From Actinobacteria bacterium casp-actino5 (GTDB lineage: Bacteria; Actinomycetota; Acidimicrobiia; Acidimicrobiales; Ilumatobacteraceae): DNA of 64,000 bases. The notes beneath the pieces are model-generated. The model was not told the origin of the DNA. It worked only from the letters and a program-made list of their open reading frames with translations, and searched no databases. The DNA lies in contig LFFE01000011.1 of the NCBI GenBank assembly GCA_001510385.1, forward strand, positions 94,922 through 158,921, in the 5' to 3' direction. The stretch's first letter is position 1; every line of letters starts with the position of its first letter. Made by a program: the position numbers and the translations under genes. Of the stretch, positions 28,353-40,133 are shown in pieces.

Positions 28353-29147
28353 ATGTCAGGACAGAATGTAACGATGGCTGACGGTAACGCTTCAACTCCA
28401 GCAGTTCTCCCAGGTGCGGAGCCGCTCTCTCACGCGGCGGGTTCGACAACTGGGGTGCTTGTTCTTCATGGATTCACCGGTAACCCGTCATCGGTGAGGA
28501 TTCTCGCTGAGGCTGCGGTCTTGCACGGGTTCGATGTAGAGATGCCGCTATTGCCGGGACATGGCACGACGGTCGAGGACATGATGACCACCGATTGGAA
28601 TGACTGGTTTGGTGCAGCGCTTCACGCATTTGATGCTCTTGCCTCAAGATGCGAACGGGTCGTGGTTGCTGGCTTGTCAATGGGCGGCCTGTTGACCCTT
28701 TCGGTCGGTGGTGCTCGGCCGGTAGCAGGTCTCATCTGTGTCAACCCGGTTGCGCGAATGAGGTCTCCCGAAGAGGTTGAAATGGTCGAGGAACTCATCG
28801 AGGACGGAATGACGATTCTTCCTGGCATCGGCTCAGACATTGCTGATCCTGACGTCATCGAGACCGCCTACGAAGGCACACCCCTTGTACCGCTTCGTTC
28901 AATGTTCTTCGAAGGAGTTCGTCCTCGCTGCGAAAGTTGGGGGGACCTCACAGCTCCATTGCTGCTGTTCACCTCTGAGCAGGACCATGTTGTCGATCCG
29001 GCCGATAGTGCTCATCTCTCGTCAACCTATGGTGGGCCGGTCAACCATGTGTGGTTAACGAAGTCGTACCACGTTGCAACACAGGACTATGACAAAGAAC
29101 TGATCGTTGAGCGCTCGCTTGCATTTATGTCGCAACTGACAGACTGA
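28353..29147 (+). CDS. alpha/beta hydrolase (carboxylesterase/monoacylglycerol-lipase-like)
   Basis: VLVLHGFTGNP oxyanion region, GLSMGG nucleophile elbow, and a C-terminal SYH catalytic His context. Confidence 0.75.
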   Translation: MSGQNVTMADGNASTPAVLPGAEPLSHAAGSTTGVLVLHGFTGNPSSVRILAEAAVLHGFDVEMPLLPGHGTTVEDMMTTDWNDWFGAALHAFDALASRCERVVVAGLSMGGLLTLSVGGARPVAGLICVNPVARMRSPEEVEMVEELIEDGMTILPGIGSDIADPDVIETAYEGTPLVPLRSMFFEGVRPRCESWGDLTAPLLLFTSEQDHVVDPADSAHLSSTYGGPVNHVWLTKSYHVATQDYDKELIVERSLAFMSQLTD

Positions 29148-29157
29148 TCTGCAACTG

Positions 29158-30000
29158 GTGAGTACTCTCGCAGCAATTCCATCACCTCCTTGGTCGAGTC
29201 TCTCGCTCGGCCCTATTGAGCTCCGCGCCTACGGCCTACTCATCGCCGTCGGTGTGATTTTGGCGGTCCGCCGGCTCGGTATTGGTCTTGACCAACTGCG
29301 GTCTGGTGCCGCCGAAGCTGCTCCATCGATTGGTATTTGGGGGGTTGGTGCAGGATTGATCGGCGCTCGTCTGTACCACGTTGTCACCGAGTGGGATCGC
29401 TTTGCGGACAATCTCACTGACATCCCGAAGGTGTGGCACGGAGGGTTAGGAATTCCCGGAGGAGTGCTCCTTGGCACAGTCGTCGGAGTTCTTCGGGCGC
29501 GCTCGTTTGGAATTTCTACCGCAGATACCTTGCATGCAGCTGCACCGGCAATCCCGCTCGCTCAAGCTGTTGGCCGATGGGGAAATTGGTTCAATCAGGA
29601 ACTGTTCGGGCGGCCAACGTCGTTGCCGTGGGCCCTACAGATAGATGATGCTCACCTGCCTGTTTCGTTTGAATCTGGCACCACATTCCACCCAACATTT
29701 CTGTACGAGAGCCTGTGGACGCTTTCGCTCAGTCTGTGTCTTGTGCGTCTCAGCGGATCACCTCGGCTTGTTGGCTCGAGGCTCTTCGCCCTATATGTCG
29801 CTGGATACGGACTTGGTCGTCTCTGGATCGAAGGGCTCCGCATTGATGACGCCTCGGTGCTTGGGGGTCTCCGCTGGAACCAATGGGTTGCGATTGCGGC
29901 GATTCTCGGGGGCGGTTTGTTCCTGCTCCTGACGTCCCCACCTCGCAGAACTGTCGAAGAACTCGATGCTCAACAGACCTCAGGGAACGACGAGCGGTAG
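29158..30000 (+). CDS. lgt: prolipoprotein diacylglyceryl transferase
   Basis: YGLLIAVGV, GIPGGVLLG, GRWGNWFNQELFGRPT, HPTFLYESLW. GTG start. Confidence 0.88.
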   Translation: MSTLAAIPSPPWSSLSLGPIELRAYGLLIAVGVILAVRRLGIGLDQLRSGAAEAAPSIGIWGVGAGLIGARLYHVVTEWDRFADNLTDIPKVWHGGLGIPGGVLLGTVVGVLRARSFGISTADTLHAAAPAIPLAQAVGRWGNWFNQELFGRPTSLPWALQIDDAHLPVSFESGTTFHPTFLYESLWTLSLSLCLVRLSGSPRLVGSRLFALYVAGYGLGRLWIEGLRIDDASVLGGLRWNQWVAIAAILGGGLFLLLTSPPRRTVEELDAQQTSGNDER

Positions 30001-30010
30001 CCTCAAGAGC

Positions 30011-30313
30011 GTGTCGGAACAACTAGATCGACGAGCAGTTGAGCGGGTGGCGAAACTCGCGCGACTCGAATTAACAGGCGAAGAACTTGACGAGGCGACG
30101 ACCCGACTCGCTGGCATGTTGGCGCATTTTGCCGATATTGATGCGCTCAATCTTGATGATGTCGAGCCGATGACCCAGCCGTATGAACTCGTGAACGTGA
30201 TGCGCGACGATGCTCCGCTCGACACCCTTGACCACGACGAGGTGCTTGCGGCCGCACCAGATGCCTCTGACGGCCGATTTGGTGTACCGCCGATCCTGGG
30301 ACTCGAACTGTGA
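30011..30313 (+). CDS. gatC: Asp-tRNA(Asn)/Glu-tRNA(Gln) amidotransferase subunit C
   Basis: VERVAKLARLELTGEELDE...VEPMTQP motif. Start trimmed to the GTG at 30011. Overlaps the gatA start. Confidence 0.88.
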   Translation: MSEQLDRRAVERVAKLARLELTGEELDEATTRLAGMLAHFADIDALNLDDVEPMTQPYELVNVMRDDAPLDTLDHDEVLAAAPDASDGRFGVPPILGLEL

Positions 30314-31749
30314 GCGGGTTTCAAAATGCGCGGTCGATAGTCGAGGCGGTCTCAACGGGAGCAACGTCTGCTGTTGACGTTCTTTCCGAACATCTTGCTC
30401 GCATAGATGAGCGCGAGGCGGAAGTTCATGCGTTTAACCTCGTGCTCCGCGAGGAGGCTCTCCAAGCAGCACAGCAGATTGATGATCGGATCGCGGCGGG
30501 CGAAGTGGTGGGCCCTCTGGCCGGAGTTCCAATTGCGTTGAAGGACAATCTCTGTACCCGAGGAATACCGACAACGTGTTCCTCCAAGATTCTTGATGGT
30601 TGGCGGCCCCCATACGACGCAACGGTGGTGTCTCGACTAGCGAACTCGGGAGCGGTGTTCGTTGGCAAGACAAACCTTGACGAATTTGCAATGGGTTCAA
30701 GCACTGAGAACTCAGCATTCGGTCCAACGCGGAATCCTCTCGACACAAGTCGGGTGCCGGGTGGGTCATCAGGTGGATCAGCAGCTGCAGTTGCTGCCGG
30801 ATTTGCGGCGATGTCGCTTGGCTCTGACACCGGTGGATCGATTCGTCAGCCAGCGGCGCTATGCGGCTTAGTGGGGGTCAAGCCCACATACGGGGCAGTG
30901 AGTCGACTTGGCCTGATCGCCTTCGCGTCAAGCCTTGATCAAATCGGGCCGTTTACTCATGATGTCGCTGATGCGGCATTGTTGCTTGAAAGCATTGCAG
31001 GGCATGACCCTGGTGATTCGACATCTATCCCGCAGCCATTTCCGTCGTTGAGCGAATCGCTCACTCGAGGCGTTGATGGAATGCGTATCGGTCGAATTGT
31101 TGACCTGCCTGCAGGTGCTGATGCGGAAGTCGTCGCCTCGGTGGATCGCGCGTTTGATGTGCTTGCAAGCGCGGGCGCAGAAATTGTCGATGTGTCAATC
31201 CCCGCCTTTACCTATGGACTAACGGCGTACTACCTCATAGCCCCAGCCGAGGCATCATCGAATCTTGCTCGCTATGACGGCGTTCGATTTGGCTCGCGAG
31301 TTGAGGCACCCGATACAAACTCGATGTATATGGCAACAAGAGGTGAAGGATTTGGACCCGAAGTAAAGCGCCGCATCATGCTCGGCACCTATGCACTGTC
31401 TGCCGGTTACTACGACGCGTACTACGGAAAAGCGTTGAAGGTTCGCCGCTTGATGGCCGAGGACTTTGCCAAGGTGTACCAGTCGGTTGATGCCTTGATT
31501 ACTCCTGCCTCGCCGAGCGTCGCGTTCCCCTTCGGTTCGAAGACATCAGACCCGCTTGCGATGTATCTCTGTGATACATACACGATTCCATCGAACCTCA
31601 TCGGGCACCCGGCAATGAGTGTGCCGTTTGGCTCCGGTGAACAGGATCTGCCGATCGGCGTGCAGGTGCTTGCTCCTGAGATGGGCGAACCAACGATGTT
31701 TGCGGTTGCCGCAGAACTTGAACGCGCGGCGGGGGGTTCACATGTCTGA
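30310..31749 (+). CDS. gatA: Asp-tRNA(Asn)/Glu-tRNA(Gln) amidotransferase subunit A
   Basis: Amidase signature GGSSGGSAAAVAAG, KDNLCTRGIPTTCSS, SLGSDTGGSIRQPAA. Confidence 0.96.
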   Translation: MSGFQNARSIVEAVSTGATSAVDVLSEHLARIDEREAEVHAFNLVLREEALQAAQQIDDRIAAGEVVGPLAGVPIALKDNLCTRGIPTTCSSKILDGWRPPYDATVVSRLANSGAVFVGKTNLDEFAMGSSTENSAFGPTRNPLDTSRVPGGSSGGSAAAVAAGFAAMSLGSDTGGSIRQPAALCGLVGVKPTYGAVSRLGLIAFASSLDQIGPFTHDVADAALLLESIAGHDPGDSTSIPQPFPSLSESLTRGVDGMRIGRIVDLPAGADAEVVASVDRAFDVLASAGAEIVDVSIPAFTYGLTAYYLIAPAEASSNLARYDGVRFGSRVEAPDTNSMYMATRGEGFGPEVKRRIMLGTYALSAGYYDAYYGKALKVRRLMAEDFAKVYQSVDALITPASPSVAFPFGSKTSDPLAMYLCDTYTIPSNLIGHPAMSVPFGSGEQDLPIGVQVLAPEMGEPTMFAVAAELERAAGGSHV

Positions 31750-33181
31750 TGTAGGTATTTGGACCCATGATGGGTTCGAGATGGTGGTAGGTCTCGAAGT
31801 CCATGTTGAACTCGCGACCAATACGAAACTCTTCTCTGGTGCGCCGAACCGGTTTGGTGATGATCCAAACACAAATATTGACCCGGTGTCACTCGGATTA
31901 CCTGGAGCGCTTCCGGTACTCAACCGACAGGCTGTCGAATTGGCAATGCGCATTGGGCTTGCCCTCAATTGCACAGTTCAGTCGTGCACCTTTGCTCGAA
32001 AGAACTACTTCTATCCAGATATGCCGAAGGCCTACCAAATCTCGCAATACGACCGTCCGTTGAATATTGACGGTCACCTTGAAATTGCAGATGGGATCGT
32101 GATCGGCATTGAGCGGGCACACCTTGAGGAGGACACCGGAAAGAGCACTCATATCGGTGGATCGGGTCGCATTCATGGCAGTGAAGGGTCAATGATCGAC
32201 TTCAACCGCGCTGGGGTTCCACTTGTAGAAATCGTGAGTCGTCCCGACATCCGGTCACCAGAGCAGGCCCGTCAGTATGTGAATGAACTTCGGGCAATCC
32301 TTGTCGAGATTGGCGCATCCGATGCACGAATGGAAGAGGGTTCAATGCGCGTCGATGCGAATGTGAGCGTTCGACGGCCTGGCGAAGAGTTCGGCACGCG
32401 ATGTGAAATCAAGAATGTGAACTCTGTTCGTTCGCTTGGACGTGCGATTGATTACGAGGCGCGCCGTCAGATCGCAATGATTTCTGATGGTGAGGCGATT
32501 CGTCAAGAAACCCGGCACTGGGATGAAGGCGATGGTCGCACCCACACCCTTCGCACAAAGGAAGATGCCGACGACTACAGGTACTTTCCGGATCCCGACC
32601 TGGTGCCACTCGACCCGGGTAACGAATGGATTGAGTCCGTTCGGGCAAATCTGCCGATGTTGCCAGCTGCCAGAAGGACACGACTTGCGGAGATGACCGG
32701 ACAATCGGCTGCTGCTGAGGCGATCGCAACCATTGTTGAACGTCGCCAAGACGACTACGTCATCGCCGTTGCTGAAATTGCTGGGGGAGCAGATCGCGTT
32801 CTCATCCATGTCAAAGAAGCGTTTTCGGAGCAAGGAAGCGAGCCCACTGTTCCGGCCGCTGATCTTGCCGCGTTAGTGGCGATGGAAGTTGCTGGTGAGC
32901 TCACCTCGACCCAGACCAAAACATTGCTCGGAGACCTCGTTGACCAGGGCGGTGGCGACCCAGCTGCGATGGCGGCTGCGAGAGGGTTCGAAGCGATGGA
33001 TACTTCTGAACTTGATGGATTCGTCGATGCTGCGATCGCGGCGGATCCTGATGCTTGGGCGAAATTTTGTGCAGGTGATGGCAAGGCAATGGGCGCACTC
33101 GTTGGTCACGTCATGAAGGCATCACGCGGTCAGGCAGATGGCAAAGCCGTGACTGCGATGCTCAACGCTCGAAAGGGCTGA
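31742..33181 (+). CDS. gatB: Asp-tRNA(Asn)/Glu-tRNA(Gln) amidotransferase subunit B
   Basis: GLEVHVELATNTKLF, ARKNYFYPDMPK, LEEDTGK, RHWDEGDG. Start trimmed to the ATG at 31742, which overlaps the gatA stop. Confidence 0.95.
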   Translation: MSDVGIWTHDGFEMVVGLEVHVELATNTKLFSGAPNRFGDDPNTNIDPVSLGLPGALPVLNRQAVELAMRIGLALNCTVQSCTFARKNYFYPDMPKAYQISQYDRPLNIDGHLEIADGIVIGIERAHLEEDTGKSTHIGGSGRIHGSEGSMIDFNRAGVPLVEIVSRPDIRSPEQARQYVNELRAILVEIGASDARMEEGSMRVDANVSVRRPGEEFGTRCEIKNVNSVRSLGRAIDYEARRQIAMISDGEAIRQETRHWDEGDGRTHTLRTKEDADDYRYFPDPDLVPLDPGNEWIESVRANLPMLPAARRTRLAEMTGQSAAAEAIATIVERRQDDYVIAVAEIAGGADRVLIHVKEAFSEQGSEPTVPAADLAALVAMEVAGELTSTQTKTLLGDLVDQGGGDPAAMAAARGFEAMDTSELDGFVDAAIAADPDAWAKFCAGDGKAMGALVGHVMKASRGQADGKAVTAMLNARKG

Positions 33182-33228
33182 GCACTCCGAACGATGTCGC
33201 TAGAGGCCTGCAGCATTAGCGTGTAAGT

Positions 33229-34938
33229 ATGAGCGATCGTCCATTAGAGACTTCTGTAGACATCAAACCACGTTCTCGTGACGTCACTGACGGCATTCAA
33301 AAAGCCGCCGCCCGTGCGATGTTGCGTGCTGTTGGTCTGACTGATGACGACTGGCAGAAACCACAGGTTGGCATTGCCTCGTCATGGAACGAGATCACTC
33401 CGTGCAACCTCAGCCTCCGTCGTCTCGCAGCGGCCGCAAAAGAGGGTGTGAAGAGTTCAGGTGGAATCGGACTTGAGTTTGGGACGATCACGGTTTCTGA
33501 CGGCATTTCGATGGGTCATGAGGGGATGCGCGCATCGCTCGTGAGCCGTGAGATTATTTGCGACTCGGTTGAGGCGGTTGTGCACGCTGAGCGGCTCGAT
33601 GGTGTCGTTGTACTCGGTGGCTGCGATAAGTCGATGCCAGGAATGATGATGTCGATCGCTCGCCTCGATCTCCCCGGAATCTTCGTTTATAACGGTTCAA
33701 CATTGCCGGGCTACCTCAATGGCAAGGCACTCGATGTCACCAGCGTGTTCGAGGCGATTGGTGCATGTGCAGCTGGCATGATTACCGAAGAAGAGCTCCA
33801 TGCGATCGAGTCGAATGCGTGTCCGGGTGAGGGAGCCTGCGGTGGAATGTTCACCGCGAACACGATGTCATCGATTGGCGAGGCTCTCGGTCTTAGCCTT
33901 CCAGGGTCGGCTTCACCTCCTGCTGTTGACCGTCGCCGTGAGGATGACGCTCGTCGTGCCGGTGAGGCTGTCATCAACATGTTGAGAATGGGCCTGCGCC
34001 CTCATGACATCTTGACGAAAGGGGCGTTCGAAAACGCAATTACTGTTGCGAACGCGCTCGGCGGTTCAACGAATGCGGTTCTTCACCTGTTGGCGATCGC
34101 GAATGAGGCGCGAGTCGATATTCAGCTTTCGGACTTCAACCGGATTGCTGCGCGAGTTCCTCACTTTGCGGATATGAAGCCCGGTGGCAAGTTCCACATG
34201 ACAGATCTTGACCGGATTGGCGGTGTGCCAGTTGTGTTGAAGCACCTACTCGAAGAGGGCTTGCTCCACGGTGATGAAATGACGGTAACCGGTAAGACAA
34301 TGGCGGAGAACCTCGCTGAAATTGACCCACCAGCACCGGACGGAACTGTCGTATATCCGATTTCTCAACCGATCAACTCAGAAGGTGGTCTCAACATTCT
34401 GACCGGCTCACTGGCGCCGTTGGGCTCGGTGGTGAAGGTGGCCGGCCTTACGGAAGAACAGCGAACCTTTGAGGGCCCGGCGCGTGTCTTCGATGGTGAA
34501 GATGGGGCAATGGCAGCGGTGATGGGTGGTGAAATCCAGCCGGGCACGGTGATCGTGATCCGCTACGAAGGTCCTAAGGGTGGTCCAGGTATGCGCGAGA
34601 TGCTCGCAATTACGGGGGCTCTAAAGGGAGTCGGACGTGGTTCTGATTGTGCGCTGATCACAGATGGTCGATTCTCCGGTGGCACCTGGGGATTCTGTAT
34701 CGGGCATGTAGCCCCTGAAGCGGTTGACGGTGGTCCGATCGCATTTGTTCAAGACGGCGACATCATCCGAATTGATGTCCCAACGCTCGGACTTGATCTT
34801 CTTGTCGATGAGGCAGAACTGGCCCGCCGTCGTGAGGGCTGGACACCGATTGAGCCCCGTTACACAACCGGGGTGTTGGGTAAGTACGCCCGCCTTGCGC
34901 AAGGTGCTGAAAAGGGAGCAATCACTAATCCGGTGTGA
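33229..34938 (+). CDS. ilvD: dihydroxy-acid dehydratase
   Basis: [48 protein letters not shown]. Confidence 0.96.
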   Translation: MSDRPLETSVDIKPRSRDVTDGIQKAAARAMLRAVGLTDDDWQKPQVGIASSWNEITPCNLSLRRLAAAAKEGVKSSGGIGLEFGTITVSDGISMGHEGMRASLVSREIICDSVEAVVHAERLDGVVVLGGCDKSMPGMMMSIARLDLPGIFVYNGSTLPGYLNGKALDVTSVFEAIGACAAGMITEEELHAIESNACPGEGACGGMFTANTMSSIGEALGLSLPGSASPPAVDRRREDDARRAGEAVINMLRMGLRPHDILTKGAFENAITVANALGGSTNAVLHLLAIANEARVDIQLSDFNRIAARVPHFADMKPGGKFHMTDLDRIGGVPVVLKHLLEEGLLHGDEMTVTGKTMAENLAEIDPPAPDGTVVYPISQPINSEGGLNILTGSLAPLGSVVKVAGLTEEQRTFEGPARVFDGEDGAMAAVMGGEIQPGTVIVIRYEGPKGGPGMREMLAITGALKGVGRGSDCALITDGRFSGGTWGFCIGHVAPEAVDGGPIAFVQDGDIIRIDVPTLGLDLLVDEAELARRREGWTPIEPRYTTGVLGKYARLAQGAEKGAITNPV

Positions 34939-34943
34939 TCTGG

Positions 34944-35378
34944 TTACCCCTCTGGCAGGCCACGATCAGGTCGTCGTGAGCGAGCGCGGGCAAAGGTTCG
35001 CCAGATATTCAAGAACGCTCCGTTGAAGACGGTGGCCACGACAACGAATGGCACTGCTGTACCACCACCAAATACGGTCCTTCGGAGCACCATCCCGAGA
35101 ATGATCACCGTTGCCCACACAGTGAGCCCCGAAGCCACCGAATCGGGTGTCTTTCGCACATGTGGCAACGACCAAGCGACCAGAGTTGCGATGAGAAATG
35201 GGCTGACTGTTGTCAGATAACCAATGAACTGCGAACCACTGTTGTGTTCGTTCCTTCCGATGAGCACAAACGTCGCAATAAGTGCAATGTCGATGAAGAT
35301 ATAGGCGCGATGCGAGGTGTGTTCAGGATGCCGCAAAGGTTCCCAGCCCGCCCTTGAAGAACAACAATGGATCACCAT
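34944..35378 (-). CDS. DUF3054-like small membrane protein
   Basis: Four predicted TM helices with a GRNEH motif after the first helix, as in DUF3054. Start uncertain: the ATG at 35378 overlaps the upstream flavin reductase by 56 nt, and an alternative TTG at 35336 overlaps by 14 nt. Confidence 0.5.
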   Translation of the reverse strand: MVIHCCSSRAGWEPLRHPEHTSHRAYIFIDIALIATFVLIGRNEHNSGSQFIGYLTTVSPFLIATLVAWSLPHVRKTPDSVASGLTVWATVIILGMVLRRTVFGGGTAVPFVVVATVFNGAFLNIWRTFARARSRRPDRGLPEG

Positions 35379-35805
35379 CAGCACCGGCAAGTGATGCGAC
35401 ATCGCCGAGAACAAAGAGGTGGTCACCCATCTCGAATACCTCGTTAATGGTGCAGTCAATCCACGCAAGTGATCCGTCGATCACTGGTGAGCCGGTTGAT
35501 TCGGAGTGCCATGCGAGCCCGTCGAAGCGTGAACCCTCGGCGGGCTTCGCAAATGTCCAGCACTCATCGGCTTGATGGTTGCCAAGTACGTTGACACAGA
35601 AACTTCCGCTATTTTGAATTGCTTGCCATGTTGCGGACTCTTTTCCGGGAAGAAAGCCCACCATCGGGGGATCGAGGGAAACCGATGTGAATGAGCCGAT
35701 AGTGAGGCCGATGGGCTCATCACCGTCCATCCCGGTGACGACGGTGACACCGGTAGGGAAATGTCCAAGGACGTTACGAAACTCTTTAGGGTCGATAGTG
35801 CTCAC
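35323..35805 (-). CDS. flavin reductase family protein (FMN-binding split barrel, HpaC-like)
   Basis: FRNVLGHFPTGVTVVT, SFTSVSLDPPMV, FCVNVL pattern. Confidence 0.8.
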   Translation of the reverse strand: MSTIDPKEFRNVLGHFPTGVTVVTGMDGDEPIGLTIGSFTSVSLDPPMVGFLPGKESATWQAIQNSGSFCVNVLGNHQADECWTFAKPAEGSRFDGLAWHSESTGSPVIDGSLAWIDCTINEVFEMGDHLFVLGDVASLAGADGDPLLFFKGGLGTFAAS

Positions 35806-35865
35806 CTCTTCGACATTATGCGTTTGTCACAGCGTTGAAAGAGATGTGCAAGGTACGGTTCTCAT

Positions 35866-36327
35866 GTGGCAACGGTGAGCGACACCAAGGCACAGATTCG
35901 ATCAGAACTGCGAAGGTGGCGTCGAGGCCTGCCTGACGATGAACTCAAACGTCGTTCAGACGTAATTTGCGAAGCACTCATCGCTTTCTCGGTCAAGGTG
36001 AATCCATCAGTTGTGATGGTGTACGAACCGGTTCGAGGCGAGCCTCTTATGGATACGTTCCGATGCTGGTTAACAGCGAATGAGATCACCGTCGTGGTTC
36101 CCGAGCAAGAGCCCGACCCCCAGACGCCAGACCTTGTTGTCGTGCCTGGAGTCGCGTTCACTGCAGATGGCCAACGCCTCGGGCAGGGTGGGGGCTGGTA
36201 TGACCGCTTTCTGCTTGGCATTGGCGACCTGACGCAAACTGTCGGCGTGTGCTTTTCAGAACAGATCAGAGGTGAACTTCCGAGCGAGGATCATGATGTG
36301 TCGGTCCACCACGTAATTTCCGGCTGA
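35866..36327 (+). CDS. 5-formyltetrahydrofolate cyclo-ligase
   Basis: The short (~150 aa) form, with the diagnostic VVVPGVAFTADGQRLGQGGGWYDRFL and EDHDV motifs. GTG start. Confidence 0.8.
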   Translation: MATVSDTKAQIRSELRRWRRGLPDDELKRRSDVICEALIAFSVKVNPSVVMVYEPVRGEPLMDTFRCWLTANEITVVVPEQEPDPQTPDLVVVPGVAFTADGQRLGQGGGWYDRFLLGIGDLTQTVGVCFSEQIRGELPSEDHDVSVHHVISG

Positions 36328-36431
36328 AGTCAAGTATTTACAACGAATTCAAGCACTCAAATGGGGAACAAAAGGGCGATGTCATCGCACGCATTTGCGT
36401 TCTGTGGCGCGGGCTGGCACACTGTAAGACA

Positions 36432-36482
36432 ATGAAAACAGCACCGCGCGTGTTCCTCGATTTTGTAGTAGGCATCCGGTAG
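36432..36482 (+). CDS. candidate ilvB leader peptide (16 aa, [16 protein letters not shown])
   Basis: Short ORF 107 nt upstream of ilvB with branched-chain codons clustered together (V, L, V, V, I). A terminator-like hairpin follows. The Shine-Dalgarno sequence is weak. Confidence 0.4.
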   Translation: MKTAPRVFLDFVVGIR

Positions 36483-36510
36483 CGCACCGGAGCTTCCCCC
36501 GCGTGCGCAC

Positions 36511-36545
36511 CGACCTCCCGACACCGGGGGGTCGTTCCGTTTTTC
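36511..36545 (+). terminator. candidate attenuator terminator in the ilvB leader
   Basis: 10-bp GC-rich stem CGACCTCCCG-acac-CGGGGGGTCG, followed by ttccgTTTTT. The upstream CCCCC (36496-36500) could instead pair with GGGGG (36526-36530) as an antiterminator. Confidence 0.5.
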
Positions 36546-36588
36546 ACTGCAGACACTTGATGACCACGACGACCGACCAGGAGAACCA

Positions 36589-38352
36589 ATGAGCACAACA
36601 TCTACTCGCATGACTGGGGCGCAAGCCCTGATCAAGGCGCTCGAGATGGAGCAGGTCGACACTATTTTCGGATTGCCCGGTGGGTGTATTTTGCCTGCGT
36701 ACGACCCACTTCTTGAGTCGACAATTCGTCACGTTCTCGTGCGTCACGAACAAGGTGCTGGCCACATGGCGGAAGGCTATGCCCATGTCACCGGCCGCCC
36801 AGGCGTTGCGATGGTGACTTCAGGACCAGCGGCAACAAACCTGGTGACGCCTTTGATGGACGCCTATATGGATTCGATTCCGATGGTGGGCATCACAGGT
36901 CAGGTTGGTACCTCAGCCATTGGTTCTGATGCATTCCAAGAATGCGACACTGTTGGTATCACCCGGTCGTGCACGAAGCACAATGAGCTCGTGATGACAG
37001 CTGACGACCTTCCTCTGGCCGTCCGGCAAGCATTTCATCTCGCAACGACCGGTCGTCCGGGCCCAGTGTTGCTTGATATTCCAAAGGATGTTCTGCAGAA
37101 CGAGATGACCTGGCATTGGCCAACCGACGACGAAGTGACGGACTCGCTTCCGGGTTATCGCCCGACGATGAAGGGCCACCCCTTGATGATCAAGGAAGCT
37201 GCCCGTGTGATTCTTGCTGCTAAGCGCCCCGTTCTCTACGTCGGGGGCGGAATGTTGAAGGCGCGTGCGGCTGAGATTTTGCGGGAACTCGCCGAACTGA
37301 CGGGTATTAACGTCGTCACAACCCTGATGGCTCGCGGAGTCTTCCCAGACGACCACGATCTCTGTCTAGGAATGCCTGGTATGCATGGAACCATCGCAGC
37401 AACAACGGCGATGCAGCGCGCTGATTTGTTGATCGCTCTTGGGGCACGTTTCGATGACCGCATTACTGGTCGTCTCGATGGGTTCGCTCCCGAAGCAAAG
37501 ATCATCCATGTTGACATTGACCCAGCCGAACAAGGCAAGGTCCGCCGACCCGATGTCTCAATCGTGGGTGATTGCCGCCTTGTGACAGAGGAGCTTGTGC
37601 AAGCGATTCGCGATCTCACCGCCTCGGGAGTTGCTCAGGCTGATATTGCCGAATGGAAGTCACGAATCTCTGGTTGGCAGGAAATTTTCCCGCTCACCTA
37701 CGACGACGCAGCTCCCGGTGCGGCCTTGAAGCCGCAGTACTGCCTCGAAGAACTTCGTGCGGCATCAACCGATGACACGATCTTAGTGTCGGGAGTTGGT
37801 CAGCATCAGATGTGGGCATCGCTTCACTGGAAGTTCAACAAGCCGTACTCGTGGGTGAACTCTGGAGGATTGGGAACAATGGGTTTCTCAATCCCCGCAG
37901 CGATTGGGGCGAAGGCCGGTCGCCCAGATGCAACGGTGTGGGCAGTCGACGGCGATGGATGCTTCCAGATGACTGCCCAAGAACTTGTCACCGCAACCGT
38001 TGAGCGAATTCCCATCAAGGTTGCCCTATTGAACAATTCGTACCTCGGCATGGTTCGTCAATGGCAAGAGATGTTCTACGACGAGCGTTATTCGGAGGTG
38101 TACCTCTCAACTGACACACCTGACTATGTGAAATGGGCGGAGTCGATGGGTTGCGTCGGAATTCGGGTCGAAAGTCCAGAAGAGGTTGGTCCGGCGATCG
38201 AGAAAGCAAACTCGATTAACGACCGTTCGGTCGTGGTTGAATTCCGCACCGACGCTGACGAGAAGGTGTTCCCGATGGTCCCTGCTGGTGTGAGCAACGA
38301 CGAAGTGCTCGTCCACCCGTCACAAGAGCAGTACCGGGCACAACTCGGCTGA
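36589..38352 (+). CDS. ilvB: acetolactate synthase large (catalytic) subunit
   Basis: ThDP enzyme pattern: [62 protein letters not shown]. Confidence 0.96.
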   Translation: MSTTSTRMTGAQALIKALEMEQVDTIFGLPGGCILPAYDPLLESTIRHVLVRHEQGAGHMAEGYAHVTGRPGVAMVTSGPAATNLVTPLMDAYMDSIPMVGITGQVGTSAIGSDAFQECDTVGITRSCTKHNELVMTADDLPLAVRQAFHLATTGRPGPVLLDIPKDVLQNEMTWHWPTDDEVTDSLPGYRPTMKGHPLMIKEAARVILAAKRPVLYVGGGMLKARAAEILRELAELTGINVVTTLMARGVFPDDHDLCLGMPGMHGTIAATTAMQRADLLIALGARFDDRITGRLDGFAPEAKIIHVDIDPAEQGKVRRPDVSIVGDCRLVTEELVQAIRDLTASGVAQADIAEWKSRISGWQEIFPLTYDDAAPGAALKPQYCLEELRAASTDDTILVSGVGQHQMWASLHWKFNKPYSWVNSGGLGTMGFSIPAAIGAKAGRPDATVWAVDGDGCFQMTAQELVTATVERIPIKVALLNNSYLGMVRQWQEMFYDERYSEVYLSTDTPDYVKWAESMGCVGIRVESPEEVGPAIEKANSINDRSVVVEFRTDADEKVFPMVPAGVSNDEVLVHPSQEQYRAQLG

Positions 38353-38381
38353 GTAGAGCGAAGAGAACTGGAGAACACGAT

Positions 38382-39978
<1,597 letters not shown>

Positions 39979-40040
39979 GCAGTTTGATCTCATTCATTGT
40001 TGTGCAGCCTTGAGCGCTGCACAACCAGACCTTGTTGAGC

Positions 40041-40071
40041 AGCCGGGCCGATTGGCCCGGCTGTTTACTTT
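40041..40071 (+). terminator. rho-independent terminator after ilvC
   Basis: AGCCGGGCC-gatt-GGCCCGGCT followed by gTTTacTTT. A second hairpin, TTGTGCAGC-N7-GCTGCACAA, lies just upstream (40010-40034). Confidence 0.6.
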
Positions 40072-40096
40072 CCCAGGCCATATTCTAAATATGACC

Positions 40097-40125
40097 TTGC
40101 AAGTCGGGTTTTAACGGCGTAGTCT
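40097..40125 (+). promoter_or_regulatory. candidate sigma-70-type promoter of metY giving a leaderless or near-leaderless mRNA
   Basis: TTGCAA (40097-40102), a 17-nt spacer, then TAGTCT (40120-40125). The ATG at 40134 lies 8 nt after the -10 hexamer and has no Shine-Dalgarno sequence. Confidence 0.3.
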
Positions 40126-40133
40126 CTACCACC

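Noticed and set aside
39979-40133. A SAM (S-box, SAM-IV) riboswitch upstream of metY.
   Set aside because: The region is mostly taken up by the ilvC terminator hairpins. That leaves ~60 nt, too short for any SAM aptamer, and no conserved SAM-riboswitch core sequence was seen.
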